The notes below the pieces were generated by a model that worked only from the letters and a program-made list of their open reading frames with translations, searched no databases and had not been told where the DNA came from. A stretch of DNA of 64,000 bases from a virus (Duplodnaviria > Caudoviricetes), in the IMG/VR virus record IMGVR_UViG_3300037312_000330, positions 184,885 to 248,884 of that record, one strand, 5' to 3'. Shown here piece after piece: positions 35,812 to 44,774 of this stretch. The translations under genes were made by a program, and so were the position numbers. The stretch's first letter is position 1. Each line of letters opens with the position of its first letter.

Positions 35812-37350
35812 TTAGATGTATCCACCTGCGTATTCATTAGGTCCTCTAGACTTTCTGTTTCGGAAGTAGTCGTCCAACTTCTGTTTCGTTTTCGGGTCGA
35901 TTAGCGGCCTGAACGTGGGCCAAACCACTCCAAAATGCTCTGCTCTCATGCAATTGCGGACTACATCCAGATCGTCTGCGAAGTACTTGAACACTGGCTG
36001 TGGCTTGTCTTCGCACGGGGTTAGGACGCGTGAGAACCTCTGATCCGCTTTCGGCAGATTGTTGGTTGGCGTTACCTGATAGAGCATTGAAGCGGGTGGG
36101 ATGTTGATGCCAGTGCTTAGGAGTCTATGCTGTCCTACAAAACATCGCAGTTTACGCTTCCGCATCTTGTCGATCAGTTCCTTGCGATTGCCCTTCTGTT
36201 TTTGATTCTTGGGAGTGCCACCGTGGAACGCCGCTGCCACATTCTTGTCCATCATGCGGTTGATGGCTTCTGTTAGAGCCTTGATGACAGGAATGCGTTG
36301 CAGCGGTATGAGTACCGTATGACCAGCCTTGATGTCCTTCACTGCTTCCTTGGCAATGAACTTCAACCTTTCTGGATGTTTCTCAATCTTGTTGATCAGA
36401 TACGTCCAGGACTGAGGTAGTTTTCCCACATGCGGCGGATGCACGACTTCGATACGAGGCTTCAGGCGTTGCACCCTGTTCTCGTAGAAGATACTACCCA
36501 TCAGTTTATAGATCACCCATTCCAGAGTGTCCTTGCGTTCTGGAGTACCAGACAAACCGAATTTATAGCGACAGTTGAAGGCAGACAGCACACGGCTGAA
36601 CTCCAATGCTGCCGAGAACTGCACTTCGTCCAGTACCAACACACTGAACATGCTGCTGATTTTCTTGAGAAGCTTCTTGCCCTTGGCGCTCAGGAACGTC
36701 TGATAGGTTGCCAACGCTACATCCAGGCGTTCGAAGTCTTCCAACTTCTTCGCCATGCCAACTCTCTTCTGGCTGGCATTCGTCATCGCTTCTTGAGTGT
36801 CGCTACCGATGAATGTCTCGAGGAAATTGTCCAACCAGTCCTGTTGACTAGCTAGAATGATCGTCTTCAGGCCCAACTTGCAGATTGCAGCGGCTGCCAT
36901 AACCGTCTTGCCGCTACGTGGAGGGCTCTTTAGAACACCGCTCCGCGTCTTCACCATCTTTGCAACTGCTGGCACCTGATCTGGCTTAAGCGTAGCCTTC
37001 ATCTTGATAGGCTTACGCATCGGAATGTCAGGTGTCAGGTCAACGATCTTCAGATCTTCACCGAAGATCTTCTTAACAGCCTTGCGGTCACCATACGGGA
37101 GCCGAAGGCAATCCTTACCTTTGAACTCGACGGTTTTGTGAAGCTTGTATAGTCCCTTGTAGTTGGGACAACCCTCACAAACATCCGTTGGGCGTTCGCC
37201 AAAGTACTCGCACCGTTCGCAGGTCTGCTCCTTTAGATAGATGTGCTTCTCAAACCGTTTCTCCACTCTATCCAGTGCAGCATCTGTGACATACTTCATT
37301 GGTACGTAGAGACCGTCGCGGACGTACACTTTCACGGGTTGTTCTGCCAT
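35812..37350 (-). CDS. Superfamily 2 helicase (UvsW/XPB-like)
   Basis: LKPDQ, SPPRSGKT, LVLDEVQ, GLSGTPERKD, TGINIP, QRFSRVL; N-terminal CxxC..CxxC. Confidence 0.88.
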   Translation of the reverse strand: MAEQPVKVYVRDGLYVPMKYVTDAALDRVEKRFEKHIYLKEQTCERCEYFGERPTDVCEGCPNYKGLYKLHKTVEFKGKDCLRLPYGDRKAVKKIFGEDLKIVDLTPDIPMRKPIKMKATLKPDQVPAVAKMVKTRSGVLKSPPRSGKTVMAAAAICKLGLKTIILASQQDWLDNFLETFIGSDTQEAMTNASQKRVGMAKKLEDFERLDVALATYQTFLSAKGKKLLKKISSMFSVLVLDEVQFSAALEFSRVLSAFNCRYKFGLSGTPERKDTLEWVIYKLMGSIFYENRVQRLKPRIEVVHPPHVGKLPQSWTYLINKIEKHPERLKFIAKEAVKDIKAGHTVLIPLQRIPVIKALTEAINRMMDKNVAAAFHGGTPKNQKQKGNRKELIDKMRKRKLRCFVGQHRLLSTGINIPPASMLYQVTPTNNLPKADQRFSRVLTPCEDKPQPVFKYFADDLDVVRNCMRAEHFGVVWPTFRPLIDPKTKQKLDDYFRNRKSRGPNEYAGGYI

Positions 37351-37520
37351 GCTCTGTCGTAATAGTTATTCAGCTCACCGGCGCTCGCTGCAAAGAACGT
37401 CAAGAAGAACACTGTCCATCCTGGATCTTGACGATAACCAAACACAATGGCACCTACAAGTCCTATTAACAGCACTAGAACTAGTACGACTGTCGTAAGC
37501 AGCCTACGGTTGTAGTCCAT
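37332..37520 (-). CDS. Small two-TM membrane protein
   Basis: LLTTVVLVLVLLIGLVGAIV...WTVFFLTFF. Confidence 0.5.
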   Translation of the reverse strand: MDYNRRLLTTVVLVLVLLIGLVGAIVFGYRQDPGWTVFFLTFFAASAGELNNYYDRAWQNNP

Positions 37521-37689
37521 CTTTCTCGTCTCCAATGCCAAAGATTTCATTGAAGGCCTTGCGCATCTTCTTGTCTGTTTCTGAACGAGCAGTCTCGTTC
37601 AACGGCAGATTGCGTCTCAGCATCTCGCAGTAGCAGTATGGTTCGTCGTACATAGGGCCCATGCACGCGCACATTCCAACATCTTCCAT
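37504..37689 (-). CDS. Small Cys-containing hypothetical protein
   Basis: CACMGPMYDEPYCYC; GGAG RBS. Confidence 0.5.
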   Translation of the reverse strand: MEDVGMCACMGPMYDEPYCYCEMLRRNLPLNETARSETDKKMRKAFNEIFGIGDEKDGLQP

Positions 37690-37698
37690 GTGTGACTC

Positions 37699-38220
37699 CT
37701 AGATGTTCTTCTTGTCGTTCTTGTGCGAGTACAAGATTTCCAAGGACTTGAGAGTGTTCTTGAAAGAGTAGCCAGTCTGGTCAATATCCTTGATGAGAAC
37801 GTCAGCAGTCGAGATCAGACGCTTGAGAGCGTGCTTGAGAGCCAGACCGCCAGTTATGTACTGATCTGCGAACGACACGCGCTCACCCTTAGTGCGCAAC
37901 CCTTCCACGCTATCGTGGTATTCATGCAGGATGTGCTTACGGATCTTGTCGATTGCTTCGTCTAGCAGACCTAGCTGATACTCGGTCTCAACGTAGATCT
38001 CTGCCATGCGGCTTCGATACGCACTATCTTGCAAGTTGGCTTCGTTAACAGTGTCTACACCAGGACGGCTGAGAAACAGTGTTCTGCTTTTACGTCCCGC
38101 ATGCAAGCGCAGGAGTTCAGCACGCAGCTTCTCGATGTTGATAGATTGCTGTACGTTCTTGACGATGCGCCGGTACGACTTGTAGCGCTCATCAGTCTTT
38201 AATGTTTCTTTGAAGCTCAT
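37699..38220 (-). CDS. Helical protein, possibly UvsY-like recombination mediator
   Basis: All-alpha/coiled-coil 173 aa just upstream of the UvsW-like helicase, as with uvsY-uvsW in T4; inference only. Confidence 0.4.
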   Translation of the reverse strand: MSFKETLKTDERYKSYRRIVKNVQQSINIEKLRAELLRLHAGRKSRTLFLSRPGVDTVNEANLQDSAYRSRMAEIYVETEYQLGLLDEAIDKIRKHILHEYHDSVEGLRTKGERVSFADQYITGGLALKHALKRLISTADVLIKDIDQTGYSFKNTLKSLEILYSHKNDKKNI

Positions 38221-38504
38221 GTTCCTGCCAATTTTGCGCTTGTGTAGTGACCGTCTGCGTCTATTTCCACAACGATCTTCACCCTCTGTCCTGGCATCTG
38301 TGGATAAGATGGTTTACCACTATCTACTACGAATATGCCGATGTCTGTTTCTACTAACAGACGCTGTCTGTTCTCGATCACTACACCGTCTAGAGTGTAT
38401 TTCATCTTCCCCTCCAGTGTTCCAGTTGCCTCTGCCTTGGGTGGCATCCCATATTGAACAGTTCCGCGTCCTGTTTCACAATTAGTAACAGATGAGGCGA
38501 GCAA
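38217..38504 (-). CDS. Hypothetical protein
   Basis: ATGA-coupled ORF. Confidence 0.45.
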   Translation of the reverse strand: MLASSVTNCETGRGTVQYGMPPKAEATGTLEGKMKYTLDGVVIENRQRLLVETDIGIFVVDSGKPSYPQMPGQRVKIVVEIDADGHYTSAKLAGT

Positions 38505-38561
38505 TACACCACGGTAACGACCCCGCTATTACTACACCTAAGAGCAGCTTGATGAGAGACA

Positions 38562-38987
38562 TTAGATCTCCAAGTTTGCTTTGATAGATGAGTGGATAGC
38601 AGGGCTGATGACTAGCGTAGCCTTGTTCTTCTGATGGAACATATGGAAGCCCTTGTCCTTTACTACTAGGTCCATCTGGAACGCCGAGGGTATCGAACGT
38701 TGCGCTTGTTCCCTGAACACTCCGCTGTAGGCCATCAGGAACGATCCTTCGCATCGGCAATTCACCTGTGTCCAGAAGATGTTGCCAACAACACGCTGTC
38801 TCGTGTCATCCACTTTTTGCACTATCTCTCCGACCTGGAAATACGTGCTAACTCGATAGGCAGTGTCTCGAACAAAGAACGGCCCAGATTCGCACTCACG
38901 CCGGAACAAGAGGTAGTATTGCACCCCTCTTTGAATATACGGGGTGATGACGTTCAGGTTGAACGACCGCTCTACTTCGAGTTGCAT
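38562..38987 (-). CDS. Hypothetical protein
   Basis: 141-aa ORF in operon. Confidence 0.55.
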   Translation of the reverse strand: MQLEVERSFNLNVITPYIQRGVQYYLLFRRECESGPFFVRDTAYRVSTYFQVGEIVQKVDDTRQRVVGNIFWTQVNCRCEGSFLMAYSGVFREQAQRSIPSAFQMDLVVKDKGFHMFHQKNKATLVISPAIHSSIKANLEI

Positions 38988-38989
38988 GT

Positions 38990-39502
38990 TTAGTAGGATA
39001 CGCCTTGGAGGGCAATATGCATGAACTTTGGATTGTGGTTCAGAGCGAACATCATCGTGGTGTTCACTTGGTGGAATTCCAAGAAAGGCCCTTCCACTTC
39101 CTTGCCACGGACTGTTCTACATTGTCCAGGTTCTATCAATGTTAGCTTGCACTTGTAGGTGCTCTGGTTCTTACCCAGATTGTAGAACGCGTCATGGAGA
39201 CGACGCTTTGTCGTTCCGTACAGGCCAGTTTCGAAGTGATGAGCACACGATCCTATCAGAACTATGTGCGTGTCCGTGTCTCTTAGCAACGAGAAAGCCT
39301 TCTTGAATTCAGCTTCCTGAAAGAATGGACTCTTCGGCGGATACGCAGTGATAACCAGCACCTGTCCTACTTCGTTGTAGTTTGTGCTGCCTTCTGCACT
39401 CACCTGTTGCACTTCGTATTGAGAAGCAAGTTGCCTAATGATGGCGGTCGTGAGACTGTTCTTATTAGGATCACGAGGCGCACCGAAGACTGTTGCTTTC
39501 AT
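38990..39502 (-). CDS. Short-chain dehydrogenase/reductase-like Rossmann protein (compact)
   Basis: ATVFGA..., IVLIGS, catalytic-type YGTTK (YxxxK), LTLIEPG. Confidence 0.6.
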   Translation of the reverse strand: MKATVFGAPRDPNKNSLTTAIIRQLASQYEVQQVSAEGSTNYNEVGQVLVITAYPPKSPFFQEAEFKKAFSLLRDTDTHIVLIGSCAHHFETGLYGTTKRRLHDAFYNLGKNQSTYKCKLTLIEPGQCRTVRGKEVEGPFLEFHQVNTTMMFALNHNPKFMHIALQGVSY

Positions 39503-39663
39503 GTTGTTCTTTGTTCTTTGTTCTTTAGCCTGCTGTAATCAACGGCTGCTTCGTATTCCGGAATCGTGATGTTATGACGACACAAGAAGTACCATACTCC
39601 ATCTTGCTTGTAGAAATGCACAGACTTCCCGTTAGCAATGACAAAACGATATTGGCTTATCAT
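39499..39663 (-). CDS. Small ORF (54 aa) not in ORF track
   Basis: MISQYRFVIANGKSVHFYKQDGVWYFLCRHNITIPEYEAAVDYSRLKNKEQRTT; ATGA overlap with the next gene. Confidence 0.55.
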   Translation of the reverse strand: MISQYRFVIANGKSVHFYKQDGVWYFLCRHNITIPEYEAAVDYSRLKNKEQRTT

Positions 39664-39665
39664 GA

Positions 39666-40745
39666 TTACACCAAACTCATCAGGTAGGAGATCTTGCCTT
39701 CTTTAAGCAATAGCAACTCTGGTGTTGCTTCCAACGTAAGCGTCTTGTCGTTTGTCTTGTTGACGATGCTGGCGAAGAAGTTGAGGTCGCACTTCAATTC
39801 GAAGTCTTTGACCGGTTCCTTGAGTTTCGTGACCATCGACGTGTTTCCCACGGTGGCCTTCAACTCTATCTTAGCCTTATCGCCCTTGGCCTTGATAGTA
39901 AACAGACTGTCCTTGTCGTACACCGCTCTGGAATTGGACAAGAACTGCTTGACCGCTTCTGTCTTGAACACCAGACGTTTGTATTTCATCTCTTTGAGGG
40001 ACTTAACGAGACCAATCACGTCTGCTAGTTGTAGTTGCTCGCCTTCTTGCTGCGGAAGCGCGAGTGCAGCCTGCACCATGTCATTGAAGGCGTACAGTGT
40101 TGTCTCTGTTATGACCAGCTTGTATTTGTGCCCAGACAGTTCACGCGCCAGTGTGTTGAACTGAGCGATGGATGGCAGCACGAATTCAAACGGAGTATCG
40201 GACTTGATGCTCTTAAGACGTACGAAAGCGCTCTGAACAAAGTCAAAGCACGCCACGAAGGTTCCCTTGTCGTTGGTCTTAATGCCAACGGGACACTCCG
40301 AATACGTGCTGAGTAGTGGCCGAAGCTCAATCTTCGGCAGATATCGCAGGAGTTGAGTCATCAGCTTGGATCCAAGCTCGATACCTTCCGACCCCTGCAA
40401 GATTTCCTTCGGAACAACCTCTATGGGCTGGCCGTCCATAGATATCATGTCGACTGTGAAGCCCTTGGACTTGACAACCAACGTGGCTTCTCCGACAGTG
40501 AGTTCCAGGTCTTTACGCTTGTCGATAACGCTGGCAAGCAGATTCAGATCGACAGTCACTTCTCCAGACTTGTCTCCGTCGGATTCCACATCCAGTTTGA
40601 TCTTGCAAGCACCACCGTTCTGGCCTGCACCTTTGACAGTCAAGCTGTTGTCTTTGAATCGTAGGGTAACTACCTCTGGCTGTGCCAACCGTTGTACGGT
40701 CCGGAGTGCCTGCCCCAGACCGTCGTTTGCGATCTTATAACTCAT
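39666..40745 (-). CDS. dnaN: DNA sliding clamp (DNA Pol III beta-like)
   Basis: 359 aa with a three-domain periodicity: LTVKG..., GEVTVDLNLLASVI, TFVACFD, FKTEAVKQFL, LKCDLNFFASIV; a cognate clamp loader is present. Confidence 0.7.
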   Translation of the reverse strand: MSYKIANDGLGQALRTVQRLAQPEVVTLRFKDNSLTVKGAGQNGGACKIKLDVESDGDKSGEVTVDLNLLASVIDKRKDLELTVGEATLVVKSKGFTVDMISMDGQPIEVVPKEILQGSEGIELGSKLMTQLLRYLPKIELRPLLSTYSECPVGIKTNDKGTFVACFDFVQSAFVRLKSIKSDTPFEFVLPSIAQFNTLARELSGHKYKLVITETTLYAFNDMVQAALALPQQEGEQLQLADVIGLVKSLKEMKYKRLVFKTEAVKQFLSNSRAVYDKDSLFTIKAKGDKAKIELKATVGNTSMVTKLKEPVKDFELKCDLNFFASIVNKTNDKTLTLEATPELLLLKEGKISYLMSLV

Positions 40746-40778
40746 GTTGTTCCACGTTCACGTTCTTGCAACAGGATA

Positions 40779-40785
40779 CTTTACA
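40779..40785 (-). promoter_or_regulatory. Class A motif TGTAAAG(T)
   Basis: ~34 nt upstream of the clamp gene (includes the upstream TAA). Confidence 0.5.
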
Positions 40786-41023
40786 GGTTAAGAGCCCTGC
40801 ACAAATTGACAATGGCGATAACATTGCACGCCAGATTCATTGGCAGAATACCCCACAGTTTCTGCCTGTAAATCAGAACATACCAGACCACTATTGCAAT
40901 AAGATACCATGCGGCACCCCACAAGGTAGTGGAACCCAGATACATGCCGATCAGAGTTGTGATCGACGAAGCAATCTCGACCCAGAAGTCGAATGTCTTG
41001 AGACGTTGGAGAAAGTCGTTCAT
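40781..41023 (-). CDS. Small multi-TM membrane protein (PnuC/SWEET-half-like)
   Basis: Three hydrophobic helices in 80 aa. Confidence 0.55.
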   Translation of the reverse strand: MNDFLQRLKTFDFWVEIASSITTLIGMYLGSTTLWGAAWYLIAIVVWYVLIYRQKLWGILPMNLACNVIAIVNLCRALNL

Positions 41024-42006
41024 ACAGTTTCCTTCTGCAGAGAGAGCGCTCGCAAAGTATCTCGGTCGTCTTGTGATAGTTGTTCTTGGATCCCTAGGGC
41101 AATACGACCATACCCCTTAGGATCGAATAGCTTTGCCAACGTTCGCACTCGTTTGATGTTGTCTTCACGTTCCCGAAGATCGTCATCAGACACTGTGTCT
41201 TCGACCTCTTCTAGTTCTATATGTTCTGCTTTCTGTCCACCAGTCTGTTTGTGGATCTCACCACTGTCATAGCTGGCACGCTTCTCCACATTGTTTTTGG
41301 CGCTCTTAAGCCACGCCTTGATGTACGAGGTAAGAACACCGCGATCCGCATCGCACTTGTCAATGCCTTTGGACATCGTCATCATGTACGACTGCACCAT
41401 GTCGTTCAGAGGTTCGATCATTCCAAGCTCTACATAGTCACGCTGGGCAGCACTAATGACCATGCGAGTGTACTTCTCCATGATCTGTTCCTTGAACATC
41501 TTGGCTTTCTTGTACCAGAAGGTCACCGTGTGGAACGTAGAATGCAGAGAGTACCCTGTACGCATCAGGGCTTGTTCATGAAGGTCATGCAGCAAGCTCA
41601 CAACGTCAGCAGTCCCGACCTGTTCGGACAGTCCTGGATATTTGACCATAAGGTCTAGCCAACGTGTGATGCACTCGAAGAGGATATTGCGGTGGAGCTT
41701 CATCCTCTTTATGAGTTTCATCTTCTGATGAGGATCCATCGTCAAAAAGAAGAGTGTGCTCAAGCTTACAAGTCCGACGCGTCCGACGCCGCACGTCTTG
41801 CGCTTTGGATTCAATGTCTGCCAACCAATCACTTGACTGAGGAACACATCGAAGAACTTAGTGTTCGTAACAATCGGTGCCAGTGATTCGTATAACAGAT
41901 TGTCCAGAACAGTCAAGTACTGATAGCTGGTGAGATTCGTCGAGATCTTCTCGTTGGTGTTCTTGAGAACAGCAAACGCTTCGCTGTGTGAATATTTCTC
42001 AGACAT
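41020..42006 (-). CDS. Sigma70-family RNA polymerase sigma factor (region 2 clear, region 4 not evident)
   Basis: KEQIMEKYTRMVISAAQRDY...NDMVQ...SKGIDKCDADRG.LTSYIKAWLKSA matches the sigma region 2.1-2.4 pattern. Confidence 0.75.
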   Translation of the reverse strand: MSEKYSHSEAFAVLKNTNEKISTNLTSYQYLTVLDNLLYESLAPIVTNTKFFDVFLSQVIGWQTLNPKRKTCGVGRVGLVSLSTLFFLTMDPHQKMKLIKRMKLHRNILFECITRWLDLMVKYPGLSEQVGTADVVSLLHDLHEQALMRTGYSLHSTFHTVTFWYKKAKMFKEQIMEKYTRMVISAAQRDYVELGMIEPLNDMVQSYMMTMSKGIDKCDADRGVLTSYIKAWLKSAKNNVEKRASYDSGEIHKQTGGQKAEHIELEEVEDTVSDDDLREREDNIKRVRTLAKLFDPKGYGRIALGIQEQLSQDDRDTLRALSLQKETV

Positions 42007-42007
42007 G

Positions 42008-42427
42008 TTACTTCCGACGCTTCAGACTGAAGAAAGGCTTCCCTTCCATATCGACGATCAGACCATTGGTTCCAGGGCTAAACTCCTCGTCGTTATAGGA
42101 AGCAATAGTAGCTGCTACTGTCAACAAACTCATGTCCAACGATCTGAACTGTGTTGTTCCAATGGAAAGGCGATCCGTTATCACAACCATTGCGCGTGTT
42201 CGGCCCCGCAGTTGTGTCATGTCTAGCAGGTCCATGTATCCCATAGACTGGAACGCGAATCTCTTGTCACATCGCGCCATAAGAACGTTCTTGACACAAC
42301 TGGCTTCGAAGTAATCTTGAGAGATAACAGTTATCAGTGGGTACGAGTCACGCAGACTTGGAACCAAGTGTTCCATCACCTTGTTCGCAAGCGACACAAC
42401 TCCATTCAGGTCCGGTATCTCTAACAT
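42008..42427 (-). CDS. Hypothetical protein
   Basis: 139-aa ORF. Confidence 0.55.
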   Translation of the reverse strand: MLEIPDLNGVVSLANKVMEHLVPSLRDSYPLITVISQDYFEASCVKNVLMARCDKRFAFQSMGYMDLLDMTQLRGRTRAMVVITDRLSIGTTQFRSLDMSLLTVAATIASYNDEEFSPGTNGLIVDMEGKPFFSLKRRK

Positions 42428-42484
42428 CTTAGTCCACCTTGCCTTTCTGAATCAACTTCAGGCCAAGCTCGTACAGGTGTTCGG

Positions 42485-42494
42485 TAATTTGATG
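42485..42494 (+). promoter_or_regulatory. Class B motif TAATTTGATG at the 5' end of the inserted endonuclease
   Basis: Perfect 10-mer on the endonuclease strand. Confidence 0.45.
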
Positions 42495-43421
42495 CATATG
42501 AAAACCATCAAAGATCTCAAGAGTTTTGTTCTTTCTGTTGATAGACACACAGCTTTTTACAAACTCAAAATGTTGTCGTACTCTTCCAAACGAAGTGTAT
42601 TTCATACTACCTACTCCTCACTGTTAGAACTTATAGAAAAGAAACGCAAAAACATTCCAGGAAACAATGCATGGAGAGCAATTCTTCATCTCGTTTATGG
42701 TTGGCCTGATGTGACTCCATGCAAAATGTGTTCAGAGCCAACAACATTCAACAAAGGACGATACAACATCTATTGTTCAACGAAATGTCTATCTAATGAC
42801 CCAGAAATGCAGTCTCGTCGGGTTCCTTCTGTGCGAGAATCTATGGAGAAGCACTACGGTTCTTGGTCTTCTATGGTAAAACGCACTAAGAAGAAGAGAA
42901 CACGCACTATGTTTAACCGTCATGGAGTCAGCTTCTACACGGAACATAGAGACTTCAAACGGAAGGCACGTAATACGTCACGCAAGCACTATGGAACAGA
43001 TCACCCCATGCAGCATCAAGATGTATTCGAACGCCAACAGACGTCCTGCATGAAACGTAAAGAGCTTCGTATAAACGGGAAGACGTTCGTTGGTCTTCAA
43101 GGATACGAGCCGAATGCTATCAGATATCTTGTCTCCGAAGGCGCTTCTGTAGAATCGATAACTTCGCATCCGAGATTTGAAGAACAAATAGTATGGTTCG
43201 ACAATAACGGGCGCAAACATGTCTACTTTCCTGATTTACTGATTGGAAAGAGACATATAGTAGAAGTTAAGAGTTCCTACACGTTCAATGGAACACCGAA
43301 GTTCGTTGAAGCCAATCGTAAGAAACGTAAAGCGTGTCTTGAACGTGGGTTCAAGTTCACATTCCTGGTGTTTAGCAGTGATCGCAGCCAGCGATTGCTT
43401 AAACGGGTGACTCGCGATTAA
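42492..43421 (+). mobile_element. Free-standing PD-(D/E)XK homing-type endonuclease gene, inserted antisense
   Basis: CKMC...YCSTKC zinc motif, KHYG repeats, C-terminal YFPDLLIG...IVEVKS; the only + strand gene in the - block; AT-richer codons. Confidence 0.7.
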
Positions 43422-43825
43422 TCTACTTTTCCATTACCAATAAGTTTGACGCCTAGAGTATACAGATGTTTGCAACATCCAGGTCTGTTCCTTGGATTCT
43501 TTTCTATTGGTGGTTCACCATTTGATCTCTTAAGTCGTGCAGCTTTTTTAAGGTTCAAAGCATATTCAAAAACGAATTTGAAATCGTCGCACCCACAATC
43601 CACGACTACTTGCTTGCCGTTGGTTTCTACAGTGGTCTCGTACACTGTTGGCGATCCGCGCTTCATGTCACCCTTGGCATCGTGCGTGCTGTACGTCTGT
43701 GCGATGTACTTGAGTGTCTGATACGCAGTGCGCTGCACTCGTATGTTTCTCACCTTTACGAACGCTGCGTTCTGGCGGCGACTTTCTGGCGTCTTAGCCA
43801 GTATGTCTCTCATTTTCATCGGCAT
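43418..43825 (-). CDS. SWIM zinc-finger protein
   Basis: VVDCGCDDF...PGCCKHL (CxC...CxH). Confidence 0.75.
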   Translation of the reverse strand: MPMKMRDILAKTPESRRQNAAFVKVRNIRVQRTAYQTLKYIAQTYSTHDAKGDMKRGSPTVYETTVETNGKQVVVDCGCDDFKFVFEYALNLKKAARLKRSNGEPPIEKNPRNRPGCCKHLYTLGVKLIGNGKVD

Positions 43826-43843
43826 GAACTATCTCCCATTGTG

Positions 43844-44773
43844 TCAATCGTTTGAGAACAAGCCCTCCATCAACTGAGCCTTGAGATGGGCGGGCATCTT
43901 GAAATCTTCAGGTTCCACATGCAAAGTGCGTCTGCGACGTGCTTGAGCACGTAGTTCTTCTACAGCTCTTTCAATCAGTTCCAACTGGCTTTCAACATAC
44001 TCTTCGTAGGCAAAGCGCATCTTCGTGGTATCACCAGTCTTGGCTGCCTCGTAACATTTGTAGGCCAGTGTTTCCTTCTTGTTCTTCAGGCTTTCCTTCA
44101 AGTCTTCCAAGTACATCTTGGAAACTTCCAGTTTGCGGAAGCGATACTGTCGGAAATTTCCACGTGCGCTACCCCGCAGCTTGAGATATCCTTCCAGGTC
44201 CTTGAACATCTCACGCAGTTCATCAAGATTCAACTCGTCATAAGCCTTCTTGGCTTTGATGAAGATGTCGTTGAGTTCGCTATCTTTCACCTTGTCAGGA
44301 TGAGTGCGTCTGGAAATACGCATGTAGAACTTGCGGCACTTCTCTCGGCGCATACGCAGCGCCAGCTTCTCTCGCCGTTGCTTGGGAGACAGTTTGGCAT
44401 CGTCCGCAGATTCTAGTTCTCTTCTAGCTGCTTCTTCCGCTTCCTTCTCCGCTTTCTGTGCTTCTATCTCTTCGTTGTTGCCTTCTGCGTTAGATCGACT
44501 AAATGGATCGATGTGTGAAGCAATTGGATCTTCACCCTTCAATTCCAGGAATTTGTTGTAGCGTTGTCGGAACTCAATACTGATCTCTGGAAACCGAAAG
44601 CACAATTGATTGAGCGATCGCCCAATCATGGTTTCCAGACCTTCGAGTTTCGTTTCTACATCGTCGATCTCTCTGCCTACTTCTATAAGCTGAATGTCCA
44701 GGCTCGTGTCGATCAGGTTGGGTTCCGAGTCCAGAACCACAAGGCTACGGCCAGCAACAGTCAGTTCGTTCAT
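43844..44773 (-). CDS. J-domain (DnaJ-like) coiled-coil protein
   Basis: CRKFYMRISRRTHPDK...FIKAKKAYD (HPD motif) in the middle of the protein. Confidence 0.75.
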   Translation of the reverse strand: MNELTVAGRSLVVLDSEPNLIDTSLDIQLIEVGREIDDVETKLEGLETMIGRSLNQLCFRFPEISIEFRQRYNKFLELKGEDPIASHIDPFSRSNAEGNNEEIEAQKAEKEAEEAARRELESADDAKLSPKQRREKLALRMRREKCRKFYMRISRRTHPDKVKDSELNDIFIKAKKAYDELNLDELREMFKDLEGYLKLRGSARGNFRQYRFRKLEVSKMYLEDLKESLKNKKETLAYKCYEAAKTGDTTKMRFAYEEYVESQLELIERAVEELRAQARRRRTLHVEPEDFKMPAHLKAQLMEGLFSND

Positions 44774-44774
44774 G

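Noticed and set aside
35255-35837. ORFs 35255-35710 and 35637-35837 upstream of the DnaC-like gene
   Set aside because: They overlap each other and neighbouring genes extensively. One or both probably encode small proteins, but the boundaries could not be fixed.
40867-40873. TGTAAAT on the + strand inside a minus-strand gene (also ATTTACA near 23760 inside the acidic CDS)
   Set aside because: Wrong strand or intragenic; consistent with chance occurrences of a 7-mer and not counted as promoters.
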